Shown piece by piece: positions 12,555 through 25,248 of a DNA stretch of 64,000 nt (position 1 is the first letter of the stretch; every line of letters begins with the position of its first letter). The stretch is from Eledone cirrhosa. Its lineage: Eukaryota. The notes under the pieces were generated by a model. The model did no database searches, was not told the origin of the DNA, and was given only the letters and a program-made list of their open reading frames with translations. The stretch is from the NCBI GenBank assembly GCA_964016885.1, contig OZ024745.1, positions 89,528,001 through 89,592,000 on the forward strand, in the 5' to 3' direction. The translations under genes were made by a program, and so were the position numbers.

Positions 12555-15345
12555 AAATAAAATAAATAAGTCAAATATTTAAAATTTGGCTTCGTTTATT
12601 ACTGCTATATATATTTCGGTGACAGCCATCTTTGGCTGTGGCCTCTTCAGGCAGTCCGAATTGGTGTGGTAGAGACGAGTACCCATGTTGAGGTGTTTAA
12701 CTTTGTCAATACCCTGATATGCCCAGTTCCTGGTTTTGTTGTTATTTCTCTGTGGAACTGGAATCATGAATTCAAACAAACGGATTTCGGCGTCAAGGAC
12801 ATCCTCTCCTACCATTGGTCAGTTCTGAGAACATTCCTCAGTCAAAAATCTACAGAAACTCTTTCTGTGGCGAGGCAATCTGTAGTGGCTGTTTTTGTTA
12901 TTGTTAAGTACATCTGACCTCTACCCTTATGTTGGTAGTGGTGTTGGTGCTGGGGTTAGCTTAAGTCCTGCTGCTGCTGATTTTAGAAGGATCTGTGTGT
13001 GTGTGCTGGCATCCATCCTGCCACCATTTCTCGTGGTGGTGGGGGGGGGTTGTGCCAAGCATATGAAGAAATAAAAGGCAATAACATGAAAATAAAAAAA
13101 TGAAAAGGTAAAAGACTAAAAAATAAGAATAAAATAAAGAGTCAAGTAGAGTAAAATAAAATAAAATAAGATAGAATAATTGTTTATACTTTTGGCACAA
13201 GGCCAGCAATTATTCCAGTATATTACTGGTACTTTATTTTATCGACCCCGTAAGGATGAAAGGCAAAGTTAACCTCGGCGGGATTTGAACTCAGATCGTA
13301 AAGAGACATAACTATGCTGAAAAGCATGTCCGACACTCTACTGATACTGCCAATTCACCGCCCTTAAGATAAAATAAGATAAAATAATATAAGCAAATAA
13401 GTAAACAAAAAAAATGATAAAATGGTAGAAGGAATAAGATGATAAAAGAATAAAATAAGATATTCAAATGAAATGTCTGTGTGTTATAACCAATCTCAAA
13501 GTTCAAAAGATTTGGAAGATGTTGGCCAATTTAGAAAGGCTGTGTCAGAATCAATCTCTAGACTATCATGGTGTGGTGCGTATTAAGAGCAAATAAGACA
13601 AGGGTGGAGTGTAATAGCCCATAACCCGGGTGTCGAATGCCCACGCACACCCACCCACCCGCACACACACAAGTAAGTATCTGTGCATGTACAATCTTAA
13701 ATAACAGTATCCATGTATGGACATATGCATAGGTATAGAGTCGATCGAGGCAGTGGTGGGGCTGCTGTCCTTATAGCTAGAGGGAAGTTCCTATCTTCAT
13801 GTTTTGTTATTATCCGTATATCTTGAGGGTGGTCCCGGCCCGGAGGTGTCTGCCCGTCCCGAATGGGTCCCTATGGCTTGCGGGGAGTTACCAACCTATG
13901 GTGTTGTAACCGCCCATATAGCTTGAGGGAGGTCCGGCCCTGAGGTGTCTACATTTTCTGAAGAAGTCCCTATAGCTTGAGGGGAGTTCACATTCCAGTG
14001 TGTTGTTACTGTCCATATAGCTTGAGGAAGGTCCCGGCACTGAGGTGTCTACATGTCCCGAAGAAGTTGGTTCTGAGGTTTATCAGGCTGCTTCCACCTC
14101 TCAGTATCTCGAGGGTCTCGCTCAGACATAGTTTGCAGATGCCAGATCCCCCTTTATCAGGTGTTACTTCACTGATTATAGACCAGGCCAGAGAGTACCC
14201 TGCCCTGTCCAGCTTAAGCTTCCAGATCAGGTCGGAAAGAGCCGTACTTTTACTTTTGTCCTCTTTATTTGACGGAATGGCGATGGTTATACCATCGGTC
14301 CTTAAAGCTCGTTGATGTGGCTCCAATGTAAATGTGTTCAGAGTTTGAGGTTTTTTACTCTACATCCGTATATTAGGTTTTTCCTAAGGCATTCATTACT
14401 AAGAGGGCATAATTCAGGGTTTCTGCAGTTGCAGAGGGTGGTCGACCTCTGCGTGCTTAGTGTGGGGTTCCCGTTACGTGTTACATGGTGATCCTACCCC
14501 GGGCTCGGTGGGGCTCCCTGGGTCTGTTTGAGTTTCTTGGGTGGGCACTGGGTCCACCCTTCTCTCCTTCCACATGGTGCCGCTGGGTGCTTATATTGCT
14601 AGCTTCTGGTTGTGTGTGGTTTTTGAGCCTACTCCTGTTGATGCTAGCTATGTGTTGGGCCAGATTTCTCGTAGTAGAATACGAGAGCTTCACAGTGTGT
14701 CTGTTGAAGATCTTGTTCTATCTATGGTCCCTCGGGAAGTATTTATCAAGTGCTCCAAAGAATGAGCGGGCCAAACTGTTCTTTAGGGCCGCTGAATAGG
14801 GTGGGTTGTACCATGTAATTTTTTTGCGTCTACTCCTATGTGGGTGGGTTGCGGGCGCCGTGGGCTGTTGGGGAGTTGTTGGGTTGCTAGTAGTTCCCGC
14901 ATTGTTGCTTCCCCTTTGGGCCTTATGTGTTTTCCTACCTTCTCGGACCGAATCTGTGGGGTGGTTGTTGCTTGCGCTGGGAGCCCCACGATGGAATGCC
15001 CCCCCCCCACGTGTCTTGCGGCTGGGGTCGTCGGCCCCTCGGTGGTTAGTATTACTCCTGAGACCGCTAGTCGTATTGGGTTTCTTCCTATGGTTAAACT
15101 TACTCGTCACCATCGCCCATGTCGTGGTGTCGGACACATGGTGCTTAGTTGGTTCCATTCTGCCTGTATTGTTGGGGCTCGTCCCCCGGACAACGTGGGT
15201 GGGGGCATCCGTTGTCCCATCCCCATCCCGGCGCCTCGGACTATATGTTATATATTGGTCATGTGCCGCCTTATTAAGAGCTGCGTTGTAATATTCTGCG
15301 TTGCTATCAAAGATTTCCATATTTGCGGACAGGCATGAGATCCCG
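12548..15345 (-). mobile_element. 5'-truncated Penelope-like element (RT C-terminus, linker, GIY-YIG, 3' UTR with HHR); SINE inserted at 13176-13343
   Basis: ITWYNPPYS...KYFPRDHR, KLSYSTTRN, CNCRNPELCP, TALSDLIWKLK, CKLCLSE, CRH; several stops/frameshifts. Confidence 0.88.
12601..12655 (-). ncRNA. Intact type I HHR at PLE 3' end
   Basis: ACTGC-CTGAAGA-GG..ACAGCCA/TGGCTGT..CC-GAAA-TATATA-TA-GCAGT. Confidence 0.85.
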
Positions 15346-15612
15346 TCTACCACTCATTTATAACATAAACGGGGTTTTGTCTTTGCGTGTAATTGTTCTC
15401 AACGATCCAAATAATGTCGTATTATCTTCGTTTTTTCCGTTCTTTGCCAGGGAAGGTCTCCGCGAACCAAAGTATCGTCTTCCTGTCTTCCTTTGGTTGC
15501 AATGTTTTTCGAAATATTTACTCCTGTGTTCACAGATTGATTTTTTTAGTTTCAGAAGATGCCGTTAAGGGTTAAAGCAGCGATTCTTTGTTTAAACTTT
15601 ACTCTGTTATTT
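15346..15612 (+). mobile_element. 3' terminal fragment of the 35.3/57.1-kb PLE family with decayed A4-variant HHR (15532-15607)
   Basis: Reverse complement of ~57095-57360; ends at (TA)n. Confidence 0.8.
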
Positions 15613-15619
15613 TAATAAA

Positions 15620-15691
<72 letters not shown>

Positions 15692-15760
15692 CGTATGTAT
15701 ATATGTATGTATGGATGGATAGATGTATGCATGTATATATATATATATATATATGTATGC

Positions 15761-15799
<39 letters not shown>

Positions 15800-15918
15800 C
15801 ATGTATATATATATGAAAAATGCTAAGAATAACAAACACCAGGAAGCCTTTTAAAACTTTCTCTACCAAGGTTTTAATTTTATTTTCAACTATATATACA
15901 CACACACCCATATATACA

Positions 15919-15990
<72 letters not shown>

Positions 15991-16039
15991 AAATAATGAA
16001 TAAAACAATGAAACAGTTCCTTATATTAAACAAAAAAAG

Positions 16040-16192
16040 TTCATTATTTAACGATCGTTTCTAGGACATATATGTGTTAGAATTGGCATGCATATTTAAC
16101 AGATCTATGTACAAAATTATACAAAATTATACAAACTATCAAATTTAATATACATACCAACACATATATATGCCGTCTTCAGAAATAATGAA
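16040..16192 (-). ncRNA. Type I HHR, C·A/GUU variant with long stem II
   Basis: TTCATTATTT-CTGAAGA-C-[18-bp stem II + insert]-A-GAAAC-GATC-GTT-AAATAATGAA. Confidence 0.8.
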
Positions 16193-16814
16193 ATATATTT
16201 ATTGATAATAACAACAATTCAAAATTACAGGTCTGTTTGGGAACAGAGTTCAAATTGACCAATGAAATACACAGAAATATGTCCAGAAAATACAGTTAGG
16301 TGTGTGTATATATGTAAGTAACTTCGTTCACAGATATGCATAAAAATATATGTTCACATGCATACGCATGTCGAAAAAATGTATGTAAATACAAAAATTC
16401 AGGGCTAATGTCTCTGTATGTTTATAATCTACAGATAAAATACATATACGTATATAAACATATATACATTCATATACACACACATAAACATACATTTACA
16501 CACACACGCGCATATACGCATAAACATACACATAACCACGAACATACACACACACACACACACACACCCACACACACACACACACATATATGTGTATATA
16601 TTATTATCATAAGCATATGGACATTAAGGCGCGCAGATAAGCACTGCCACATATATTTAGGTCCAGATAGAGAAAGTAGGTGGGGGGGGGTCAGTATTTA
16701 CGGGTGTCAGACAAACTGCCTATTTAAAAATGTATCTATAAATTGAGAAATAAAAAGAAGAATATTAAAAAAATATATATATATAAACAAGTAAAATATA
16801 AAATACACATCGAA

Positions 16815-16845
<31 letters not shown>

Positions 16846-16991
16846 CATACACATATATATATATATAAATATATACACATATATATACATATATATACAC
16901 ACACATACATATAGAGACACATACATATACACATATAAATACATAGACACATATACATACACACATATATATATATATATACATATTCACA

Positions 16992-17028
<37 letters not shown>

Positions 17029-17063
17029 CACACATGTACATACACATATACACATACATACCC

Positions 17064-17097
<34 letters not shown>

Positions 17098-17372
17098 ATA
17101 CACACACACATATACACACACACATATACATACATACACATATATATACACACACACACATACATATAAGCATATATACACACACACACATCCATGTATG
17201 CATATACACATACAACTACACGCTCACACAACTCAGACATACATAAATAAAGAGATATACATACACACATATACATATATATATATATATATATATAGAT
17301 ATAGATATATATACACACATAAATATATATACACACACACACACACATATATACATACATATATATACACAC

Positions 17373-17407
<35 letters not shown>

Positions 17408-17475
17408 CATATGCTCATATACATATATATAAAATAAAGAAATAAATAAATACACACAGTCAGACAATTATGCAC

Positions 17476-17516
<41 letters not shown>

Positions 17517-17528
17517 CACTCATCAACT

Positions 17529-17559
<31 letters not shown>

Positions 17560-17666
17560 CTCACATATACACGCACACATACGCATATATATACACACAC
17601 ACACATACACATAGAGATATATATATATACATACATATACACACACACATATATACATATATATAC

Positions 17667-17749
<83 letters not shown>

Positions 17750-17803
17750 TAAAAAAATAATGAATAAAACAATGAAACAGTTCCTTATATTAAACAAAAA
17801 AAG

Positions 17804-17957
17804 TTCATTATATAACGATCGTTTCTAGGATATATATGTGTTAGAATTGGCATGCATATTCAACAGATCTATGTACAAAATTATACAAAATTATACAAAC
17901 TATCAAAATTAAATATATATACCAACACATATATATGCCGTCTTCAGAAATAATGAA
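17804..17957 (-). ncRNA. Type I HHR, C·A/GUU variant (second copy)
   Basis: Same as 16040-16192 with one stem I mismatch. Confidence 0.75.
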
Positions 17958-18760
17958 ATATATTTATTGATAATAACACAATTCAAAATTACAGGTCTGT
18001 TTGGGAACAGAATTCAAATTGACCAATGAAAATACAAAAAGTTTATACAGTTAAGTGTGTGTATATATGTAATTAACTTCGTTCACAGATATGCATAAAG
18101 ATGTATGTTCACATGCATACGCATGCCAAAAAGATGTATGTAAATACAAAAATTCAAGGCTAATGTCTCTGTATGTTTATAATCTACAGATAAAATACGT
18201 ATAAAAACAAATATACACACACATTTTTATATACTCACATATACGTACATTCACACACACACGCGCGTATACGCATAAAAATACACACAACCACGAACAT
18301 ACATACACACACACACCCCCACACACATATATATGTGTGTGTGTATATACTATTATCATAAGCATATGGACATTAATGCGCGCACATAAACACTGCCACA
18401 CATATTTAGATCCAGATACAGAAAGTAGGTGGGGGGGAGAGAGGTCAGTATTTAGAGGTGTCAGCAAGCTGCCTATTTATAAATGTATCTATAAATTTAG
18501 AAATAAAAATAAAAGAAAAATAAAAAAGAAATATATCAAGAAAATATATATATATATATATAGAGAGAGATAATTTAATATATCAGCTAACATAGGCGCA
18601 CAGATGCACGTCCATGCCAGCAAATACACAGGTTATGTCATAATACCTAGGTGGTTCAATGCAGGAGGGTGCAGAACAATAATATAAAAGACGTAAGATA
18701 AGAAAATATTTTTTTAAAAAAATTTAAAAAAAATTTTTTTTTTTACTTACTTAAATTTTC

Positions 18761-18842
18761 ACTCCAACTAATTAGTTTCTGCAATGGGATAAAGACAGTT
18801 ACGTAATCCAACTGTCGAGAATTCATTGCGTCATCAGGGAGT
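18761..18842 (-). ncRNA. Type I HHR, array unit 1
   Basis: ACTCC-CTGATGA-C-GCAATG..GACAGTT/AACTGTC..CATTGC-A-GAAAC-TAATTA-GTT-GGAGT. Confidence 0.82.
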
Positions 18843-19317
18843 CTATTCTCAGCTGAGTCTCCAGGCAATGCGCGGACACTGGCGGCTCATATAAAAATAA
18901 TAATAATTCGGTAGAAAGAACAGCTTGCGAGGACTGGATTCTATGTACTGAAATTCTCACTGCTTCTAGTCAAATGGCCGATTCTAAAGAATCAATCACG
19001 TGACACAGAGGCTAGTTAGAAGGAATGGGATGGTAAGATGACTGACGCCTACTAACACCCCCAAAAAAAAATTTAGAAGTGGTTTTGGCAGGTTTGCTCG
19101 ACAAATCAGTGATTTGGAGATAAATATAGATAATTTAATATATCAGCTAACATAGGCGCACAGATGCACGTCCATGCCAGCAAATACACAGGTTATGTCA
19201 TAATACCTAGGTGGTTCAATGCAGGAGGGTGCAGAACAATAATATAAAAGACGTAAGATAAGAAAATATTTTTTTAAAAAAATTTAAAAAAAATTTTTTT
19301 TACTTACTTAAATTTTC

Positions 19318-19399
19318 ACTCCAACTAATTAGTTTCTGCAATGGGATAAAGACAGTTACGTAATCCAACTGTCGAGAATTCATTGCGTCATCAGGGAGT
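19318..19399 (-). ncRNA. Type I HHR, array unit 2
   Basis: Identical to 18761-18842. Confidence 0.82.
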
Positions 19400-19875
19400 C
19401 TATTCTCAGCTGAGTCTCCAGACAATGCGCGGACACTGGCGGCTCATATAAAAATAATAATAATTCGGTAGAAAGAACAGCTTGCGAGGACTGGATTCTA
19501 TGTACTGAAATTCTCACTGCTTCTAGTCAAATGGCCGATTCTAAAGAATCAATCACGTGACACAGAGGCTAGTTAGAAGGAATGGGATGGTAAGATGACT
19601 GACGCCTACTAACACCCCCCAAAAAAAAATTTAGAAGTGGTTTTGGCAGGTTTGCTCGACAAATCAGTGATTTGGAGATAAATATAGATAATTTAATATA
19701 TCAGCTAACATAGGCGCACAGATGCACGTCCATGCCAGCAAATACACAGGTTATGTCATAATACCTAGGTGGTTCAATGCAGGAGGGTGCAGAACAATAA
19801 TATAAAAGACGTAAGATAAGAAAATATTTTTTTAAAAAAATTTAAAAAAAATTTTTTTTACTTACTTAAATTTTC

Positions 19876-19957
19876 ACTCCAACTAATTAGTTTCTGCAAT
19901 GGGATAAAGACAGTTACGTAATCCAACTGTCGAGAATTCATTGCGTCATCAGGGAGT
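19876..19957 (-). ncRNA. Type I HHR, array unit 3
   Basis: Identical to 18761-18842. Confidence 0.82.
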
Positions 19958-20434
19958 CTATTCTCAGCTGAGTCTCCAGGCAATGCGCGGACACTGGCGG
20001 CTCATATAAAAATAATAATAATTCGGTAGAAAGAACAGCTTGCGAGGACTGGATTCTATGTACTGAAATTCTCACTGCTTCTAGTCAAATGGCCGATTCT
20101 AAAGAATCAATTACGTGACACAGAGGCTAGTTAGAAGGAATGGGATGGTAAGATGACTGACGTCTACTAACACCCCAAAAAAAAAATTTAGAAGTGGTTT
20201 TGGCAGGTTTGCTCGACAAATCAGTGATTTGGAGATAAATATAGATAATTTAATATATCAGCTAACATAGGCGCACAGATGCACGTCCATGCCAGCAAAT
20301 ACACAGGTTATGTCATAATACCTAGGTGGTTCAATGCAGGAGGGTGCAGAACAATAATATAAAAGACGTAAGATAAGAAAATATTTTTTTTTAAAAAATT
20401 TAAAAAAAATTTTTTTTTACTTACTTAAATTTTC

Positions 20435-20516
20435 ACTCCAACTAATTAGTTTCTGCAATGGGATAAAGACAGTTACGTAATCCAACTGTCGAGAATTCAT
20501 TGCGTCATCAGGGAGT
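20435..20516 (-). ncRNA. Type I HHR, array unit 4
   Basis: Identical to 18761-18842. Confidence 0.82.
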
Positions 20517-20592
20517 CTATTCTCAGCTGAAAATTTAAGTAAGTAAAACATTTTTTTAAAATTTTTTTAAAAAAATATTTTCTTATCTTACG

Positions 20593-20647
<55 letters not shown>

Positions 20648-21291
20648 ATCATACACCCTTATTTACATGCGCACATATGTATTTTTATACTCATATACAA
20701 GCACCCAAACATACATACCTACCTACATATACATACGTACATCCACGCTTACAAATACAAATAATTATAGGGGGGGAGGGGATTATAGTAAATATAGGTT
20801 TCAAGGAACATAGAATATTAAATTGCATCTAGATCATAATATGTGTTTACATAGTAGTTTCAGTATTAGGAAATGTAAGAAAGAAAGCAAAATTATGCAT
20901 TTTAATATAAGTAGACTATTAATTATAGGTTAACTAAATTAAAAATAGTTAATATATTGATTTCTAAGGTGTATACTACTTAGGTTTATAATCTTTGAAG
21001 CGGAATTTTGAAGTTAAACAGTAGTAGAGTATTAATTATAGCATAACTAAATTAAAAATATTAACATTATGGTATCAATATTAGGAAATGAATTTAGTAA
21101 TAGGGAAAAAAACCAAAACAAGTATTTCATCGGTAGTAGAATATAAATTATAGGTTAACTAAATTAAAAATTATATATTAATTTCTATAGTATATGTTAA
21201 TTAGGTTTATAATAATTAAAACAGATTTTGTATTTTATCTATAGTAAAATATGATTATAGGTTAACAAAAAATAAAAAATAAAAATTAATA

Positions 21292-21375
<84 letters not shown>

Positions 21376-21437
21376 TTTTTATTTTTTATTTTTTGTTAAC
21401 CTATAATCATATTTTACTATAGATAAAATACAAAATC

Positions 21438-23214
21438 CATTAGCACACGACACTAGAATGTCTCCTCCTGAGAACAAAAATTAAACATTACACGACTATA
21501 TCCCGTACTCTACATCCCACTAGGATAAATTACAGATCTACATAATACAATTAACGTTTCTTCATAAAAGACTATTTAATTAAACCCCGCAACCCAAAAC
21601 CTCATAGAAGTTATTTGAATGTCTAATCTTCAATTTTCTGTTTGTTCAATTCTCCATCCTCTTACTCCTTAGTTTCATAATGTTATTCTGAATTCTTTCA
21701 ACTTCATCCGATAGAGTTAAGCAAAATTCTAAAGTTCCAACTTTCTGTCGGACCGTTGGGTGGGTTTTAGCGGCGGCGCGACCAGCTCCGTGGCGAACGG
21801 GCTCACCTGGAGTGCTTGGAAAAATAAATTCCCCTTCTTTCAGTAAATGAAAATACTCGGCGTGGCTTAATTAGCCATGGGGCCTGGGGCGCGGCCGGTG
21901 TTTTAACCGCCAAATAGTACCTTTAAATTACAGAACAAATCGGAACTATTATATATATCAACCTGAAACTGTTGAGCTTTAAGTTTTCTAACCTCTTTAA
22001 CATGGAATATGGATTATTAATTTATTAATTTTTTAACTTCATCCTATAAGTCTAAACATTGTAACACACTGACCCCCAATATATTCACCTCTGCTAAGAT
22101 GCGAGTCCCTGTGAAAATGTTGTCGCGCCACTCCTGGCCCGACTGTGGTGTGACATTAATATCGACCTTCCTTCCTCTCTCTTTCTATCTTCCTTCTTGT
22201 AGCTATCAACCATTACTCTTTTACTTCTCTAAGCTAAATTTTAAAGTTCCAACTTTCTGTCGGACTGTTGGGTGGGTTTTAATGGCGGCGCGACCAGCTC
22301 CGTGGCGAACGAGCTCACCTAGAGTGCTTGGAAAAATAAATTTCCCCTTCTTTCAGTAAATGAAAATACTCGGCGTGGCTTAATTCGCCATGGAGCCCGT
22401 GGCGCGGCCGTTGTTTTAACCGCCAAATAGTACCTTTAAATTACAGAACAAATCGGAACTATTATATAATTAATTGTTAAACTGTTGAACTTTAAATTTT
22501 CTAACCTCTTTAATATTGAATATTGATTATTAAATTTTTTTAACTTCATCCTAGAAGTCTAAACACTGTAAAACACTGACTCCCAATATATCCATCTCCG
22601 CTAAGATGCGGGTCCCTGTGAAAATTTTCTCGCGCCACTCCTGGCTTGACTGTGGTCTGACATTAATATCGACCTTTCTTCCTCTTCCTTTCTATCTTCC
22701 TTCTTGTAGCCATCAACCCTTACTTTTCTACTTCTCTCTTCCCTTCCTTCTCTCCTCTCCTCCTCCCTGCAGACTTATCTTCCTTCCCCCTCTTGCTTGC
22801 CTATATCTGACCAGTAGTAGTTACCTTCCTCTTTTAGCTGACATTAACCCTGACTTCTCTTCTTCTTTCTTCCCCCTTCTTCTCCTTCCTTTCTTTCTTT
22901 CTTTTACCTTGTGTCATGGGATCGACGTTAACCTATGCTCCCATCTCTTTCTGTTTTCGTTCATCTGACCGGTAGTAGCATACTATAAAATTTAGCCACG
23001 TCACTCCAGGGCGACCGGCTGAGGTTGAAGGAACAGAATAGCGGTCGCCCTCGGGTCTCGATTTTCAGCCCCATGGATTTTACCTATTACATTCACGTAT
23101 TATATTTCGAATACCTGATGATATCACCGGATTCATACGGAACCCGGTCATTGAAATGATCATAGTATAATAAACCTTTCAAGGATTTACACAAATCCAG
23201 CCTCCTGTCATTTC

Positions 23215-23215
<1 letters not shown>
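21438..23215 (+). mobile_element. Probable PLE 3' region with an internal 512-bp tandem duplication and terminal HHR
   Basis: Degenerate ...RTLHP.RIN ending near 21505; repeats at 21731 and 22243; HHR at 23111; ends at (TA)n. Confidence 0.55.
23111..23168 (+). ncRNA. Minimal type I HHR
   Basis: ATAC-CTGATGA-TATCACCGG/CCGGTCATT-GAAA-TGATCA-TA-GTAT (palindromic stem III). Confidence 0.75.
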
Positions 23216-23263
<48 letters not shown>

Positions 23264-23695
23264 GTAAAGAATATATTAATTAGGTATATATTTAAAATTT
23301 TTCTCAGTTTATGATTACATGATATTCTGCAATCCAGCTAATTAAAATAAAATTTTAGGTTAACTAAATTAAAATTAAATTATAAATATATTTCTAAATT
23401 GTACATTAATTAGGTTTATAATATTAAAAAATATTTCTCTGTCATTGATTACACGCTATTTTGTTATATTTCATCTGTAAAGGAATTTTAATAAAAGGTT
23501 AAATAAACTAAAATTAATCTATAAATTAATTTACAAAGTATTTATTAATTATGTTAATAATTTTTAAAAGTTTTTCACAATTTATGATTACACAATATTT
23601 TATAATCTCAACTGTAGTAGAATTTTAATTAAATTAAATTTATAGGTTAACTAACATTTAAATTAAATTATATATTAATTTCTAAAATTATATTA

Positions 23696-25245
23696 TTAAT
23701 TAGGTTTATAATATTTAAATGTTTTTCTTAGTTTATGATTACACGATATAATTAATTCCTGTCGCTTATTTAATAGGATATCCTTAGATTTCATTATTTC
23801 AAATAGTTCTTGGGAAAATAATCTACATTCATTTCTATTATTTTGATAAGGGGTGGCTCTTTTGAGCACACTCCAGGTCATATCATATTCTATATTCTTA
23901 TTTTTATAACTATTGATTTTTTCTGCTAGAGATGTTGTATTAGCTAGTGCGGCATTTTTAAAACTATGTTTGTGGGTATTAAACCTTACCTTAAAATTGT
24001 TAGAAGTAGCTCCTATATATGAGCAAATAGAATCTTTAGTTTTAACATTACATTTATAAACTATGTTGTTAACAAGACAATTTCCTTTTAATGGGCAGTT
24101 TGCTTTGTTTCTACAGTTACAACCTTTCGTTAATTCTGTATTTGAGGAGATATTATGGTTAGTTTGATGTATTGGTGGTATACTTATGGTATTCTTACAT
24201 TTATATGCATTATAGGCACTTATATTTTGTTTTATGTTTTTGGTTGTTGAGTATGAGAATTTAACTGTTGACCTATTTAAGATTTGATGGTATTTGTGGT
24301 TTGGCGGGAAGTTTTTCTCTAGGATATAAAAAAACTTTTAGCAATATTATCCTTAATTTGTAAATTAAATGGAGCATTATACCAAGTAACTCGTCTATTA
24401 CGGTTTCTATGTTGTTTATTATTTTTATAGGTTGTATCGTGATGTTTACTAGGGGGATTAATGTTAATGATCTCACCACGCACATTTTTAGTTACATTTA
24501 TAGATTTAGGTGTTTTATCTTGTTTATTAGGAGTTTTATTATTAACATTTATTAGAGTTGTATGATGAGTAGTTTTTTGAGAGTTACTATACTTTATATT
24601 AGAGGAGTTGTTGGTATTTTGGGGTATAGTGTGGGTGGCATTTAGGTGTGTACTTTTCATTTGGTGTTTGTTGGTAATATTAGGTTGTATGTTTATAGTA
24701 TTTTTAGTAGAAGGTATATATTCTAATCTATTTTTGTGGCCACTTCTATCTAGAGCTTCGTTATAGAAGGTCGCATTTTTATCAAATACATCTTGGTTAG
24801 ACGAAAGGTTAGAAATTCTAAGTGATATATTATATGCAAGGTTTTTAAGGATAGATTTAGGGTGATTAGATTGTGAGTGTATGTAGTGTAAGTTTTGGTT
24901 GGGTTTATGGTAAGTTTGGTAGATACCCGTAGCTAAGTCTAAAGTTATATCTAGGAAATTAACTACTTTACTTGTGTTTTCAAAAGTAATATGAAGACTA
25001 TAATAGTCTTTAAGGAAAGTTCTAATAAGCTTTTTGTTTTTTTCTATTTCTGAAAGGCTAATGTTGTTGGAAAGAAGAAGACAGTCATCACGATATAAAC
25101 CACCTTTAAGGTGGGGAAAGGAAGCATTTATGTTGAAAAGGAGAAAGAGGCCCACAAGATCAGTAATTTGGGCGGAATCGCTTGAACCCATAGTAATATC
25201 AAATAGATTACTATATGTGTTTCTGGTCCAGTATTCATTCTGAAA
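23696..25245 (-). mobile_element. Penelope-like element ORF remnant (RT + GIY-YIG)
   Basis: FDITMGSSDSA, GLYRDD, VNFLDITL, SNHP, VTWYNAPF, CNCRNKANCPL, YIGATS, LLNKRQE...CNH; frameshift near 24320. Confidence 0.92.
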
Positions 25246-25248
25246 TTC

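Larger units (their letters stand above)
15978..18540 (-). mobile_element. Two tandem PLE terminal repeats (15978-16810, 17745-18540)
   Basis: Mutually similar; the distal copy is nearly identical to inverted 25249-25981. Confidence 0.8.
18569..20600 (-). repeat. Retrozyme-like tandem array: 3.5 near-identical ~558-bp non-coding units, one HHR per unit, short inverted tail at 20529-20600
   Basis: Unit marker taatttaata at 18571, 19131, 19689, 20246; copies differ mostly in homopolymer length. Confidence 0.92.

Noticed and set aside
18569-20530. Array as CRISPR, rDNA/5S or snRNA cluster
   Set aside because: No unique spacers and no recognisable rRNA/snRNA sequence; units are identical end to end and contain an HHR.
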